A DNA stretch of 64,000 bases, taken from NCBI GenBank assembly GCA_000320545.1, contig ADNK01000694.1:33765-97764 (forward strand), written 5' to 3'. The position numbers and the translations under genes were made by a program. Under the pieces are notes generated by a model. The model saw only the letters and a program-made list of their open reading frames with translations. It was not told the origin of the DNA and searched no databases. The number at the start of each line of letters is the position of its first letter. Position 1 is the first letter of the stretch. The DNA is from Bigelowiella natans CCMP2755 (lineage: Eukaryota > Protista > Cercozoa). Positions 1 through 14,475 of the stretch are shown here, piece by piece.

Positions 1-847
1 GCCCAAAAGGCAGGCAGTTTACTTTCTAGAATCGGGAAGATTACCTCGAAAGTTGGGCTCTTAGTTGGGTTTAACAAATCAGTGAAATTATCATCCACGA
101 AATCATGAATCGATCATCGGTCTCTCGATCCACCCACCATCCTGTATACCATCTTCACAATCATTTGTTGATAGAAGGACTTTCGTGATAGAATAACAGG
201 AATTGGAAGCAGTTACGGTGCGTTGCGATAAGTGCTAACTATAATTATGACCACGGATATTTGAGAGAGATACTGCTTACGACGACGACGACAATGACAA
301 CAACAAACGGCGACACTCTATGTCGATTTCTATTTGAAGGCAACAGCCTACAAGTACAGCTGATCTTCTTGTTTCGTTGCCTAGCAAATTTAATATTGAT
401 CATCTCTTATTATTATTATTTTGCGTCCTCGACTCTTTTTCCGGGCTACTGCTGCTGCTGTTGAGTTTTTCTGTTCATTTATTATTTTTATGATGCACAA
501 GGTGGAGATCGGAGTGCTGCTGGTGGTGGTGGTGGTGGTAATGGACTCAAAAGTAGTCTCTTAGCAGAGGTGATATTATTTATCTTATGATAAGAAGAAA
601 CCCATGAATGAAATGTTGTATCACTATGGCTATGGAGCTTCGTTCTGATTTGTTAAATGATTATTTCCTGGTGGTGCACAGAAAACTATGCCTGAGGACG
701 AAAAGAAAAAGCGCATTGGGGTTAGTTTGATAGTAGTGTACAGGAACTATGAATACTACTGGAGTTGTTACTATCTTTATACTCTCTTCAGTGATCATAG
801 TGATACTTTCAATATATTAGCCATCGGCAATAATTTCTAATCGCTAT

Positions 848-890
<43 letters not shown>

Positions 891-918
891 AATTTCTGAT
901 CGCTATCTCTTCTCTCTC

Positions 919-960
<42 letters not shown>

Positions 961-2230
961 AATAATTTCTGAGCGCGATCTCTTCTCTCTTCCCCCCCCC
1001 CCCCCCTCTCTCTCTCTCTCTCTCTTTCTCTCTTCGGCGGTGGTATGATTATCGATGACGGTACGCTGTTTCCGTTAAACGTAGAGTGTACGGGAATTCT
1101 TCCCTAATTTTAGCAAAGACTACGCGATCGACTTATTACGATCATTCCAATGGGTAATAGGAAGTGAAATGGAGAGAATATTTAGGAAATAAATGTACAA
1201 AGATCGATAGATAATGATAATTATGATGCTGTTTAGCAGTATTCTAGGAGAACTGAGAAGAAGAACATTTCAGTGCATGTGCTTGCTCCCGTAGATATAA
1301 TTATTTTTATTTGGAATGGTCGTTAGGACGTTGAAGCGGCATTGAGTATGGCTACGACTGAGCTGCTGCCAAGCTACTTAAGAGTAAGTAGCATCAAGTA
1401 AATAGACATGACAGAAACCAGAAATAAAATCTGAATAATGTGCAAATTTGTTCTCATTCGCCTTTCCATTGTCATTGTATGCTTCCATTTGCAATTATTA
1501 TTCTTCATAAAGTATTCAACATAGTAGTTATATTGAGTTTCCTGCACTGAGCTAGACATGACAAGCATCCGTCCCAATCCATAGCAGCAGCAGCAGCATA
1601 TCTTTTTGTCTTTCGTATCATTATCACGATAATGATTATCATTGCAAAATCATCCATATCCCATTCCAACGTTAAACTTCAACTCACACATTTATCAATT
1701 ATTCTCTTCAGCATTGCGATCCCTCCACGTATATTCACAATCCTGATGACTTCTTACAACCTCCTCCTTCTCAATTTGGCGACATGATGCAGCGAAGTGG
1801 CAATGGTAGTCGTTGGACATCTCATAAAACATGCATGACTAATAGTAATATTCAGCATAACATACCAGTACAAACAATTCAGATACCAAGGCTACCGATG
1901 ATTATCGTTCGGCGATGATGAGCATACAGGGTACATGCTATTATATGCTGTTTGATCATCATTGGTGTGTTAGTTGCGAGGAAATTGTGGGGGTGGTGAT
2001 GTCTGTCTACGATGATAGCATTTGAGTTGGTCAAGTTTATACTCCTCTCTCTCTTGTAATGGAAGGTACTGCAATTAAGCCTAAGTGTACACCAGAGGGA
2101 TTTATAGGACCAATGCCAGTAATAAGAACACCCTTACTATATTTCATTTCTATTACTGCTGCTGCTGCTGCTGCCCTCAAGTTTTGCTGTTGCTTACTGA
2201 GTGCTCTTGCTGTTTCTGCTGTATGCTAAT

Positions 2231-2262
<32 letters not shown>

Positions 2263-2847
2263 TTGTTGTTGTTGTCGGATGACGATGGTTGTAATATCTA
2301 AGCATCAAATGGCATAATCACCAAACCAGCCATAACTACAACTGGGTATTGATGATGGTGAGAAGGAGGGGGGGGAATGTTGTGATGTTGTGATCACAAA
2401 GATGATGATAACAATGGTGATAATAAGTGGTTGGTGATGACAATAATAGCAGCCAATTGAAATCGATCAAAAGGAAGAGGAGATTCGAATTGGTGGTTAT
2501 AATTATATACGTTGACATACATGCCATAACAATACAAAACCACATGTATAGTAGTAGTAGTAGTAGTAGTAGTAGTATCCACAACAACTTACAAGTACTA
2601 TGCCACCTATTATCATTATTATTATTTATTTTTATTATTTATTATTGGCGACTACGTAATTCCTTTTCCCACATAAGAGTATGGCATGCTGCTGTTGCGG
2701 CACGACCGAATTCGAACATCATCGCTACTATTTAGCATCATCTTCTTCTTGTGTATGTATGTGTGTACATGTAGTTAATCGTTTATCGATCGAGTCAACA
2801 GTGTCATATTTTGATAATTCATCCCTCTATTTTGTCATTAGTATACT

Positions 2848-2894
<47 letters not shown>

Positions 2895-3013
2895 TTCTCT
2901 GGTTCTGATACCACACCTGAGTCTGATATATAAACATACATTCATATATGTATTTATATGATGTAACATTGTCACTAGTAATAACTCGTGCTGCTCCCTT
3001 CCTCCCTCTAATG

Positions 3014-3050
<37 letters not shown>

Positions 3051-3456
3051 GCGGCTGCTACTACAGAAAACATCCGAGAAATTTGTCCCCATTTCTCTGT
3101 TGATTACGCCTATAAGGTAGTAGTAGTAGTGGTGGTGGTGGTGGTGGTGACTACTCAAAGGTGTATATTCGCACCACTATCTTCTTTTTACGAAAATTCA
3201 ACGTACCCCAACGATGAAGTGATGAAACTGGGTTAGATTGAATTGCAATCGTAGTTCTCAACAACTGAAGGATCAAGATAAAAAGCAGCATTATTGTGAA
3301 TTTCTTTCTTTCAATGAGTCATTTATTCCCACTTGCATCTCTCTTTTGGGGGTCCTTCTCACTTCGTTTGTTCGTGATCATCATCTTGTGTGTATTAAAA
3401 GTTACTTGAAGCTCATCGTTGGGATGGCAGTGCTGCTGTTTCAGCTTATTACTCCG

Positions 3457-3487
<31 letters not shown>

Positions 3488-3804
3488 AAGTTAGTCAGTG
3501 ATAACACAACACGTAAGAAGTATTACTAGAGTCACCAGTGTTGTCATACAACGAATCACTCGGCATTATTCTTTATCTCACAAAATGGAGCAGTTTCTAC
3601 ACATTGAGCAGCGTTTAGGATAGCCTCGGTTCTAACCCCATATTATGATCGTCATTATCATCTTATTCAACATCAAATCCCCCCCTTAAAGAATCCATTC
3701 CTGAAATACTCAAGGGTGTTGATCCAGGAACCTATGTGCGGTAATTGATTATGACGAAGATGTCTCCATCATAGTATTAGATGACGACGACAACAATGGA
3801 CGAC

Positions 3805-3837
<33 letters not shown>

Positions 3838-4137
3838 TACTAATTCTGATGTATTTAAATAAATTATTTCGTTTAATCCTGGTTGTCTTCTTCTCAGAGC
3901 AAAGTCAAAAGGGAATCAAAAGCAGTCTTCGAAAGAAGAGGTGCGTGTCTAATAAATGATAGAGGGGATGCGCTAACTCCATTACAGTTTTAATTGGCAC
4001 TCCACGCCCCTAACAAACACAATCATCCTAATTGTGCTTGTAAGTAATCGCCAACCATATAGGTAGAAGGAAAATTAAGACACAAAAAGAAGAAGGAAGA
4101 AGATGATGAGCATATCGATGGTCAGGAACTGCTCTAG
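1..4137 (+). CDS. 3' part of a multi-exon gene of unknown function (starts left of the window)
   Basis: Chain of short AG|exon|GT blocks between microsatellite introns, e.g. IAIPSTYIHNPDDFLQPPPSQFGDMMQRSG (~1713), ENIREICPHFSVDYAYK (~3068), AHRWDGSAAVSAYYS (~3413), and a last exon VEGKLRHKKKKEEDDEHIDGQELL* ending at TAG 4135-4137. No recognised domain. Confidence 0.5.
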
Positions 4138-4139
4138 AT

Positions 4140-5280
4140 GTAGCACTCATCATCATGATACATAACTGACACATATCCAATGCATGTGGATATTTATCAG
4201 CGAAGCGTGTCGCTTACATTATGTGGTACGATACGATGCATGCAAGCTAGCATTGTACGAGTGTACATGCAGTAGGCGCGTATATATGCATGCGCGGTAA
4301 CTAATGTGCACAGCATTGCATTGGTCCATCTAGCAAGCTATGTGAGTACATCTAGACATCTAGACATGTACGTTCCTAGCTCAAGACCTGCAGAAGACTG
4401 ACAGCAACTATGTTGTCAACAAAACTCCTGTCTCGCTGCATGCGTCATGTAGCGTGCAATGCTCATGTAGTAGCTCTAGAGCTGCACAGTGCATGTAGCT
4501 GCAGATAGTGCCACGTCTAGATGTGTGCATCTTGAACATGTCTGATGTCTGTTGCGCATGCAAGCTAGCAAGGCTAGAAGGACGGAGTTTGCCTGCTAGC
4601 TAGCCTGCCATATGCGCTCATCCAGCTAGCTGGTTATTCTCTTATCAACCTTCACCCAACTAGCCAAGAGCATTGGGCAGCATGCTAGCTACTAGTCATT
4701 GGCTAGCTAGCAGCATGGCAGCATGGCAGCATGGCCTGCCCATGCTGTCATGCACGCAACGACGGCTAGCTACATCTAGCCATCCTGCGCAAGTTTTGAA
4801 CGATGGATGGCACAATCATTGACGACATGCACCATGCATCTAGACAGGCATCTAATGCAAGCACAGCAGATGCGCATGTGCATTGCAAAACTTGCAACGA
4901 ACCATCCGCGCTCAGAAATTCAATCCACGTGCATGCATGCCATTCATGTACGTGCTGGCATGCTTGTGTCTCATGAACGCTACACATCGATCTTGTCAGA
5001 TTGCGACGTTGACCCTCCATGGCAATGGCAACAGTGACCATGTCCATTTCTTGTCGTCCTCACTTTGAGATATGAACTAAAGTGGAAATTCAGCTTTAGA
5101 CGACCCGCGTTGATCTTCACTTGTGCAACTCAAATACTTGTGTTGTTGCGGCAACACTTCCTGAAGAGGGGATCCACACCCCACGGGTTCACGTACAGCA
5201 CAGCACAGCATCGTATGTGTTAGTAAGGGATATGTACATGTAAACTGTGAAGTGCCCCCGACTAAAAAGAAAAGCAACAG
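4140..5280. mobile_element. Degraded repeat relic, partly TpA-depleted with many surviving CTAG
   Basis: No microsatellites; dense TGCA/CATG/GCATGC; remaining TA mostly in GCTAGC/TCTAGA; lies between two convergent gene ends. Confidence 0.55.
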
Positions 5281-5289
5281 ATTTCATTC

Positions 5290-5547
5290 GTTACCACTAT
5301 CACACTACACCAGCATGAACAGTTGAATAATACCCCAGACAAGATTAAAAAATAGTTCTTAAGGAAAACAGAGGCGTCAGAGGAACAAATACTTTCAAAG
5401 TAGTACTAGTAGTCGATACACACATCTTCAAAAACATAATCTAATACAAACTCTTTATCCAAAGTACCTCCCGAATCGACTATTTTCAGCTTATTATTGC
5501 CTTGAATGTCTTTCAGCTGAACATCGGTATTGCATCATTGATCCAAT

Positions 5548-5623
<76 letters not shown>

Positions 5624-5706
5624 TGTGTGTGAGTGTGTTTGCGCAGCATAGGCCTAAGCCTTTCCTTGTCTCTCGTTTACATGTTATTCTGAGAGAAGTT
5701 GGACTG

Positions 5707-5737
<31 letters not shown>

Positions 5738-6931
5738 ATTACTGTTCTAAATTGATGAAGATCTAAATAATGATCCTACCGTCATCCCTTCAGGAAGCTC
5801 CGCCTCAATGTCAACATTACAGGAACCTACAAATTGTGATATCTCGTCGTGTACTTATTGCTTACACACACCAGTTGATGTTGTGCATTATAACGGCTGG
5901 TCAGTAACAAAGCACCATCAGCACAGCCTACCTTTGTCATCCGAAACAATCTTTCCTAATGAGAAGCGCTTACTCTTTCCCTGTTCATGCCACAGAGGAG
6001 AGAGAGAACATCATCATCGACAACAACAATCAGAAGAAATAAAGAGCTTACGCGAAAGAAGAATACAACAGGAGAGAAGTAGAGGATGAAGTGGCCATTC
6101 ATTTTGGATGTATGTAGGGCTATGAAGGAGAAATGAAGAGATGTAAAGTATTCTGCTGTTTACGACCTCTTTTGAGTGGAAATCAAGCATAAAAGTAGTA
6201 GATGATGATGACGACGAGGGCTGCTGCTTTGCTGGTTGCAAACCCTTTAGTTGACCCTTGATTGTCACTTTGTAAGGCCTAAATAAGTAGTTGATGAATC
6301 ATCATTAATACTCCACTAATAAATCAATCACCGCTATTATCCTAATCATAATCATCACTCACAATATGGCTCGAGATTGCTTACCCAAGGGTGAAAGTGT
6401 GAACTATCTTCAATTGCTGCTTACCCAAGGGTGAAAGTGTGAACTATCTTCAAGCGCCCTGCAACCACGCCGGCTGCTGGTGATGATCCACTCTCCGTAG
6501 TAGTAGAAGAAGAAGAACCACCAAAAGTGCGGACGATGCACAATGCAGCACTATCTGAAGGCCCATCCTTATTGAAACATAGTCAAGTTACGGTTGTATC
6601 TATTAATTTGATCTCGGTAGTAGAGCTCTAGCTAAATTTCGCACTCCTATCATCGCTACTATTCAATATTTGATATTCTTCTTCTTGTTCTGAAATACAC
6701 CACTTACTTACTTACTTTGGGTGGCTCCTTCTTCTTCCTTTTAGGACTTTTGTCAATGTTATGTGCTTTGAGAGCCTTGGTCGCCTTGTCAATGTCCAAC
6801 AGCAATACTTCAGGTTCCATCCCATTTTTCATCATTTCGGCGTAGTAGCTCTGAAACTCATTTAATGAGATCTTCTTGTCATTATCATGATCAGCCTTAG
6901 ATAGAAGCACCTTCACCTGTAGTAACAGTAA

Positions 6932-6963
<32 letters not shown>

Positions 6964-7619
6964 ACGACAATAACAGCAACAGTATAGCATCATGAATATG
7001 TTTGTGATTCTTTCGCAAGCTGTTTTCCTATTCTCGAGCATGCCGTTGTGATTTAGTAGCTATTGCAAGGACATAATAAATTTAAGAGGTCGTTACTTAC
7101 TTACTTACTACCTGGCGATCAACCTCAGCCTCGAGTTTCTTGTTGTCATTCAAACTGTCGGTGGCTCCTCCTACTCCGGAGATGGCTACCCGCAATACCT
7201 TGAGCAGGTTGAGAGAGAGGTGTGAGGTAATAAGGAGGAGGAGAGGCGGAGGAGGAGGAGGAGGAGGAGAAGGAGGGGAGGAAAGCTAAGTAGTACAGTA
7301 GTAGTAGTAGTAGTAGTAGTAGTAGCAGTAGTTAATCGGGTTATAAGCTCGTTATGATGCAAGTCTGAAGAACGTGTGATCAAAGCACAAAAGGAGTTGT
7401 CACTTATTGAGCAGCACCTTCTTTGCCTCGTTCACTGTTACGAAGCCATCTCCATTCTGATCAAAGTCTGCGAGGAGGAGGAGAACACATTCGCGTAAAC
7501 AACGATTGCCAATAAAAGGAACAAGATAGCGTAAAACACGATGTAACAAATTAGTTGGTGGGTATCTGACAGTAGAAAAAGTCCTCGATCGCACGTTCAA
7601 ATGCGCCCTTGGATGACAT
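5290..7619 (-). CDS. EF-hand protein, probably extended by a degenerate Cu/Zn-SOD-like domain
   Basis: ATG 7619 MSSKGAFERAIEDFFY|YFDQNGDGFVTVNEAKK|VLRVAISG...EVDRQ|VKVLLSKADHDNDKKISLNEFQSYY gives two canonical EF loops. Further minus-strand exons to ~5290 read AALCIVRTF..VVAGRLKIV, YKVTIKGQLKGLQP, RFSLGKIVSDDKG|SCNVDIE. The EF part is solid; the 3' end is uncertain. Confidence 0.65.
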
Positions 7620-8118
7620 ATCTTGTGCGTCGTCGTTTCTGGGGTGGTTCTGTGTTCACGAAGAAGGGTTGTGTTCACGTGGACCTAGGACAGGTTGAGG
7701 GAAAAAACGACGTGTGATATTATTAATGGTAGTAGCATTTTTTAGAGGGAGGATGATCCATTACCTATTATTAAATATTATTTTCAAGTGAGAAGAGTTT
7801 TAGTTCAACAGTTTGTTGTTGGCCATGTCCAGATGTCTCGCAGGTGGGTTGTGAGGAGGGAGGGAGAGCAAGAAAAAAGGAGTTTAGTCGGTAAGCCTCC
7901 GAAAAGGACGGAAGAAGTGAGATATAACGAAAATGCCCTTTATTGTATTCAAAATATAACATAAATCAGTCTATTAACAATAAAATCACCGTCATTCACC
8001 ATTAGTTGAATAACAGAGCAGTGAGGAGAAAGTTCTGAACATTTTCGGCTGCGACTACTTCTCCTTCGAACTGCTCACCAGACGGATGGAGGGAGGGAAG
8101 GAGGGAGGGAGAGAGAGA

Positions 8119-8155
<37 letters not shown>

Positions 8156-8156
8156 C

Positions 8157-10119
8157 ATGGTGGACGCGTACACATTCCTCAAGGCTGGTATTCAGACTAC
8201 TGACTATCTGGGTCAGGAACGACGACGGAAGTATTTACTCAATTGCATTGGGGAATGCTTCAAGTGTGGTTCTTCTGAAGTAGTTCTTCAAACTTTTGAT
8301 GATGCTATTGCAAGCCTCATCGTAGAGTATGATTACTTGACGTCATGGACCTTGGTAGTTTTATAATGTAGATCTACCATTAAGAACGAATGATAAGCTA
8401 TAAGGAATAGTCACAATTATCCTCGGAGCTTTGTGGCTAACTACACTAAAAAACCCTGTTATTTTTCTTTTCTTTATTGTTGATTCTATGCTGAATGAAT
8501 TATTTTGCTTGTTGTTGATTATATTAACACGACACAAGAGCACGGCTGAAAAGAGCTTAAGACGAATTTTTAGGAGGCTCAAGCACACTGTTGCTACAGA
8601 GCCCATCACTAGTACTAGTACTGCTGCTATTACCAACACAACAGTACATGATGATGATAATGAGGAGGAGGGGGAGGATAAAATGGAAGAAGCGGGAGAA
8701 GAAAAAGAGGTCTGTTCGGTACTTACTTTTGGACCGCCCGGAAATGGTTGTCTATTAATGATGAGATAAAATGATGAGTGTGATAACGGTGATGATGATG
8801 ATGATGATGATTACGAGCGACATATATGAAGGAATGAAGGAAGAAAGGTATTATTATACACTATTATTAATCTTGTTTTTAGGCAAGACGTACTCTTATT
8901 ATACACTATTATTAATCTTGTTTTTAGGCAAGACGTACTCTCCGAAACTGATCGCTGAGGAAATGAAAATAGAGCTTGTAAGAGCGTCAATGCCCGAGCT
9001 ATATGCTGGCTTAAGCATTGAGGAAAACTTACAGAAGGTAATCTCATTATTATTATATTTTTGTTACTATTACATCGACGTCCTCATCGTCGTAGCAGAT
9101 TGATAAGTTGAATTTCTTTTGCTTAGATTTTCAGCATTGCAGAAGCAAAGGCTCCTTGTGTTCTGCTGATAGATGAGATGTACAGTGATACACCATGTGG
9201 GAGAACGAATCTTCAGCATCATCATAAGGGGGGAGGAGTAGTAGTTGACTACTATTTGGAATTTCTTCGTAAGATTGAGAATGAGAAGCTGCCAATCATC
9301 GTAGTAGCGTCTTCCAACATGCCAGCATCATGCCCAGCCAGGTCATACCCCGTTCTTGTAGAGAGTACTAGTAGTACTAGTCACTTGCTGCCAGCTACTT
9401 GTCATGATAGAATTTAAGATGATAATGATACGACATGAAGGCAACTTGGGGCACCTAATTGTTTATGTCTCTCAGATTTGTCCAGGCACATAACGAGCGG
9501 CTATTCTTTCCTTTTCCCGACTTGGATAGACGACGGCAGTATTTCGAGTCAAAATTCTTCATGCTTAATGATAATGACTCAAAATATGTAGTAAGCAGAG
9601 GGGAGCGAGATCAGGCGATAAGTAAGGTCAGAATTACAGTAGCGACGAAGAACCACCACCACCACCACCACCACTAAGATCTACTACTACTACATATCAT
9701 ATCATATCATATCATCATGTGGTGGTTGGTTCTGTTGTTGAATGTAGGTATTAGATAAGCTACTTTCTGTTTCTGAAATGTTCGATTTTGCTCGTATTGG
9801 AAACATGGACCACTACGCTCGAGTACGATTCATAAAGAACTACATAATTGCTGCTGAAGAAAGTACTCTAAGCTCACAACAAGAACGTGTTCAGGCGATG
9901 GAGAAATCCATCCTTGAATCCATAGAGGAGCATCTAACTGTTCATGGTGAGAAACGGCGACTGAGATTTCATGTGATCGAGACATGCTGTCTTGCTGAGT
10001 TCTTTTACGGAGCCACTTCCTTTCTCTCGGCAGATTTTCAACTCAATGCAATTTCAAATGTGTTACGGAAGGCATTCAATGACTACAAAATGTCAGTTGT
10101 TCAAAACAACAAAAACTAG
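8157..10119 (+). CDS. Divergent AAA+ ATPase (true start may lie further upstream, ~7830-8020)
   Basis: Walker A FGPPGNG|KT split by an intron (~8731-8940), IFSIAEAKAPCVLLIDE Walker B (~9130-9177), sensor-1-like IIVVASSN, RLFFPFPDLDRR, stop at 10119. Confidence 0.8.
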
Positions 10120-11036
10120 CAGCAGTCTTCCTACGAACTTCAGGAGGTAGACTAGCAACTAGCAGCAGTCTTCCTACGAACTTCAGGAATAGGTCGACTA
10201 GCGATATGTGATTATTATTGTGTTAACCAGCAGCAGCGTCATGAAGCATCGTACCCGCGGTGTGTGTTGACAGCTTGTTGCAGATATTATTCTGAAGCTG
10301 CTGCTGACTTACTGCAAACAATTGTGCAGTTGCGTATAGGCTGCCGCACATCTAGATGTACTGCATTGTAATCATTGTAAATGGTACTAATATAAGTGTC
10401 ATACAGACACGAAATCATCATATATGGGAGTTGTGCGATGCTAATGCTCCTACGATGCCGTTCTAGCATTGCTGCATATATATTACTCATACCTAGCGCA
10501 AGGAGGCTTTATCTCGTAACATTGTGCTAACTATACATACTACTACTACTACTACGCTATAGCAGTAGTCGGGATAATATATATATGCAATTGGTTACCT
10601 GCTAGCACGCACTATAAAGACGAAAAATAGCTCATTATTTATAGACTTACGTATGATCGTACCACGACACATCTATTTAAAGACAAAATATTGTTTTATG
10701 TTTGTATGTGTATCGTCAGCACATGCAGATTAACTACTGACACATAACTGCTAATATAGCTTGTAAATCATACGATGCATGTGTGTGTTTGACGGAACTC
10801 AAGATTTATGCACGACTGTTCAACCCTCGCAACATTGTTCCACGATAGGTGATAGAAAGCTGCTAACTTAAGTCGATCAGTCTTTCGAGGAGTTAAGTCT
10901 TAATGCCGAATAAGTCTTTCAGGCTGCTACGATTAGACCTATCAGACAAGCTAGCAAGAGCAATTTTAATGAAAGAAGCGCATAAGACTACTAAACAAGA
11001 ATATCAAGTTGTCACCGGATTCGTGTCATCTCTGGT

Positions 11037-12401
11037 CTATATTGGAACTGGGTAATGTAGTTCTTTATACTCAACATCAAGAGACGGCGTATGACTCCCT
11101 ACAAAGCAATTTAGCGTCAGATACATCCAAAGGATGGTGATGATGAGGAGGATAATGATACAACTTTGAGTAAGAAATACAAGGAGGCATACAAAGAAGG
11201 CAAAGGAACTTCTACAGTGATAAAAACGGCTATCAAGTATTAATCTAGATTGTAGATGAGTAGAAGAGCCAGCAGCTTTGTATCAACTTGATAAGTAACC
11301 ATTCACACGTAATACATGTTTCCTTTTTTTTATCGATCATCAACTCAACTACTGTAGCATCCCTACCCGCGATAAAATTGCTGACATTGAAAACAGATGA
11401 ATGAAGGAGAAGGAAATAGCGTATGAGAAAGATCATGGTTTAAGTGTTGGATCATCATTTGAGTCAATATATCTTCATTGTACTTATTCATGATATCCGT
11501 ATAACAACTTCCATTTACTTTAATTTCAGCCTTCATGCTAATATCCTTCCCCCCCCCCTCTTTCTGTCTCTACCTACCTTGCTGCTGCTGCTGCAGAGTA
11601 TGTGAATGTTGAGGTCCAGGAGTAGCCGGCCTCTATAATAAACGTTGTTGTTATTGTTGATCAGTTATTGTTAATCATCATTTCAAACAATGCATGTCCC
11701 ACAGTAGTAGTATTCAAATGCCGATTTATTTACTCGTACTACTACTATTTCTTCTTCTTCTTCTACTTCTTCTACTACTACCGCATCATCATCATTTTTT
11801 TAAAGAATAGCCCTTAATCAATTTCTCTTGAGTATATATAAACGAGTGCAGACAATCAATGGAAGTGAGCCCCATTCCCTTCTTCTTCTCTACGAATCAA
11901 CCGGGATTTGCAGGGGTTAGAACAACAAGGATTTGACGATGCAGCGGAGGAACAATGGCTTCAATGTCGAATTGCTTTCGGGAGGAGGTCAACCTTTAAC
12001 AACGTATTATTAGCGATGGCACGATAAGCATTTTGTAGGAAGCTACAGATAAGGAGATACGATGAATGAGTAAGTGATAATACCCTTTCGGTTTGAGAGT
12101 AATACGAAACCTAAGAGCCTTCCTAGGATCCATATTCAAGAGCATGTACCAGCAACCACATCCTGTGGTATTAGAATGTACTAGCAATTACGATAACGTA
12201 TGATGATGATGTAAAATAATAATAATATTATTAATACTAATTATAATAATAATAATACGCAGTGTAACAAGTTGCACTTTCGATGCGATCCATGTATACG
12301 CACCACTGGGATTTTGAGAAAACATTTGAATGTTTTCTTGCAGATATTTAGGTTTGCCGTTTGTACGAAGGGCTAGCAAACAAGCAGACCTCACACACCT
12401 G

Positions 12402-12432
<31 letters not shown>

Positions 12433-12685
12433 CAGCAGTAGACATAGACATAATAAGGGAGAAAACAAGTTGAACAATGTTGGCTTTCATTCTCCTCATA
12501 TCCACTACTGTGCCATATACTACTACTACTACGACTACTACTACTACGACTACTACTACTACTACCTGACATCAACATTGATAGGGCGAGTATGCACAGG
12601 GTTGGCGCTGTAGATCGATAGTCTGTGTAATGGCATTAATCATGGATCGTGCAATGTAAGCGAGGGAAGGGGAAACAGGTAGAGA

Positions 12686-12727
<42 letters not shown>

Positions 12728-13276
12728 TAAATGTACAAACATCATTTAAGCACATGTTACTTTATCAATTATGTACTGTAGTATTTATTGAATGGTAGTA
12801 GTAGTAGGCAATGTGATTCGAATGATGTAGGGTCTTCTTCATCTTCTTCTTCTTCTTCTTTTCTTCCGCCTCCTCGTACAACAGCAGCAGCAACAACAAC
12901 AACTACTACTACCACTACCACTAATACTACCCAAAAGATGGCCGATCTTCTCTAACGTCAAAGGACATTGGAATAACAAGATACGTTGTCTTTGGATCGG
13001 TAGCATTGAATTCTAAATGTACCTACAATTGTGATGAGGACGCTGATAAAGAAGTAGAACTCCTCATCATTTATTACGATGGGACTACTAAATAGTACAA
13101 AGCCAGAAAGAAGTAGTAGCACCTCTCGATCTCGCTTGGGTAGCATATGACCAACATATTTATGTCTTGAGATGTCCTTCATATCTTCCCCGTCTACCTG
13201 AACAACGGGGAAACACCAAGTGCAATATTTAGTACTGGCAGTAGGAGTAGGAGGAGGACACATCATCTCTCTCATG

Positions 13277-13317
<41 letters not shown>

Positions 13318-13757
13318 ATATGCTGCTGCTATTGCCTTTTACACCACACATTTCCACTTTCACAAAAGGCACACATGCAGTAAGTAATAATACTGCTCAT
13401 CGAGACCTTCTTCTTGTATTGTTATTAGATGATATAATATTGGGAATGATGACAACAATTGTACTCTTTTAGTCGTTCCACTTCGAAGATACTACGTTGT
13501 AATCAATACTACCTTCACAATAAAAACCCCCATATCTCTGTATCCCTTACCGGATCCTGAGCACCCACCCACCCACCCACCCACACACACACACACACAC
13601 ACATGGTGTCAGTCATTCAATCAGTGACTCGATAGATGGTATTGCATCTGAATAGCAATGGGTAGCAGCAGCAGCAGCAGCAGTCTATAACCCCTTTTGT
13701 TTCTTGCAGCAAAGACACAGTAATCCACGTAGACCTATCGACTCGGATCTGGTACCT

Positions 13758-13788
<31 letters not shown>

Positions 13789-13897
13789 GGGGGAAGAGAG
13801 GGGGGTAGCATTTGAAACCAACATGATAAAGAGTAGAGAGATACTCACCATTTATCTCCTTTCTTTTGATATTTTGATCAAATTATGGCATGGCTCG

Positions 13898-13934
<37 letters not shown>

Positions 13935-13975
13935 GAGAAACTTTTGTGAAGAAAGAAACGGATGCTAGTACCGAA

Positions 13976-14009
<34 letters not shown>

Positions 14010-14430
14010 CACACATACACACACATGCACACATACACACATATGTTCTGAGCAGAAGGGTATCTTCTTTCTGGCCCAGGAGCCATCAATCCGCAAGTTG
14101 AACCTTGACAACAACAACAACAACAACAACCTTGTCATTATTATTATTCTTATTCTATTCTCTATTGTAGTAGCTTATTGCACAACGACGTACTATTCAC
14201 TGCTATCATCTGTAGCAGCATCCATCACTACTACTACTACTACTACTACTACCATCACCATCATTAACAACATCACCACATACGCACAAAAGAAGCAGAA
14301 TCAACGTACCAATTCGGTCTTAACTTGCAGACATCGACACTCCGAAAATATATGAGAAGATCATGAAAACTAAGCCTAAAGTATGCAAAACTTTTAGGCT
14401 CACGAAATATGTATCCCCCCCCCCCTCTCT

Positions 14431-14475
<45 letters not shown>

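Noticed and set aside
5500-6089. Plus-strand gene suggested by ORF 5808-6089
   Set aside because: Splice signals and protein plausibility fit minus-strand exons of the EF-hand gene better.
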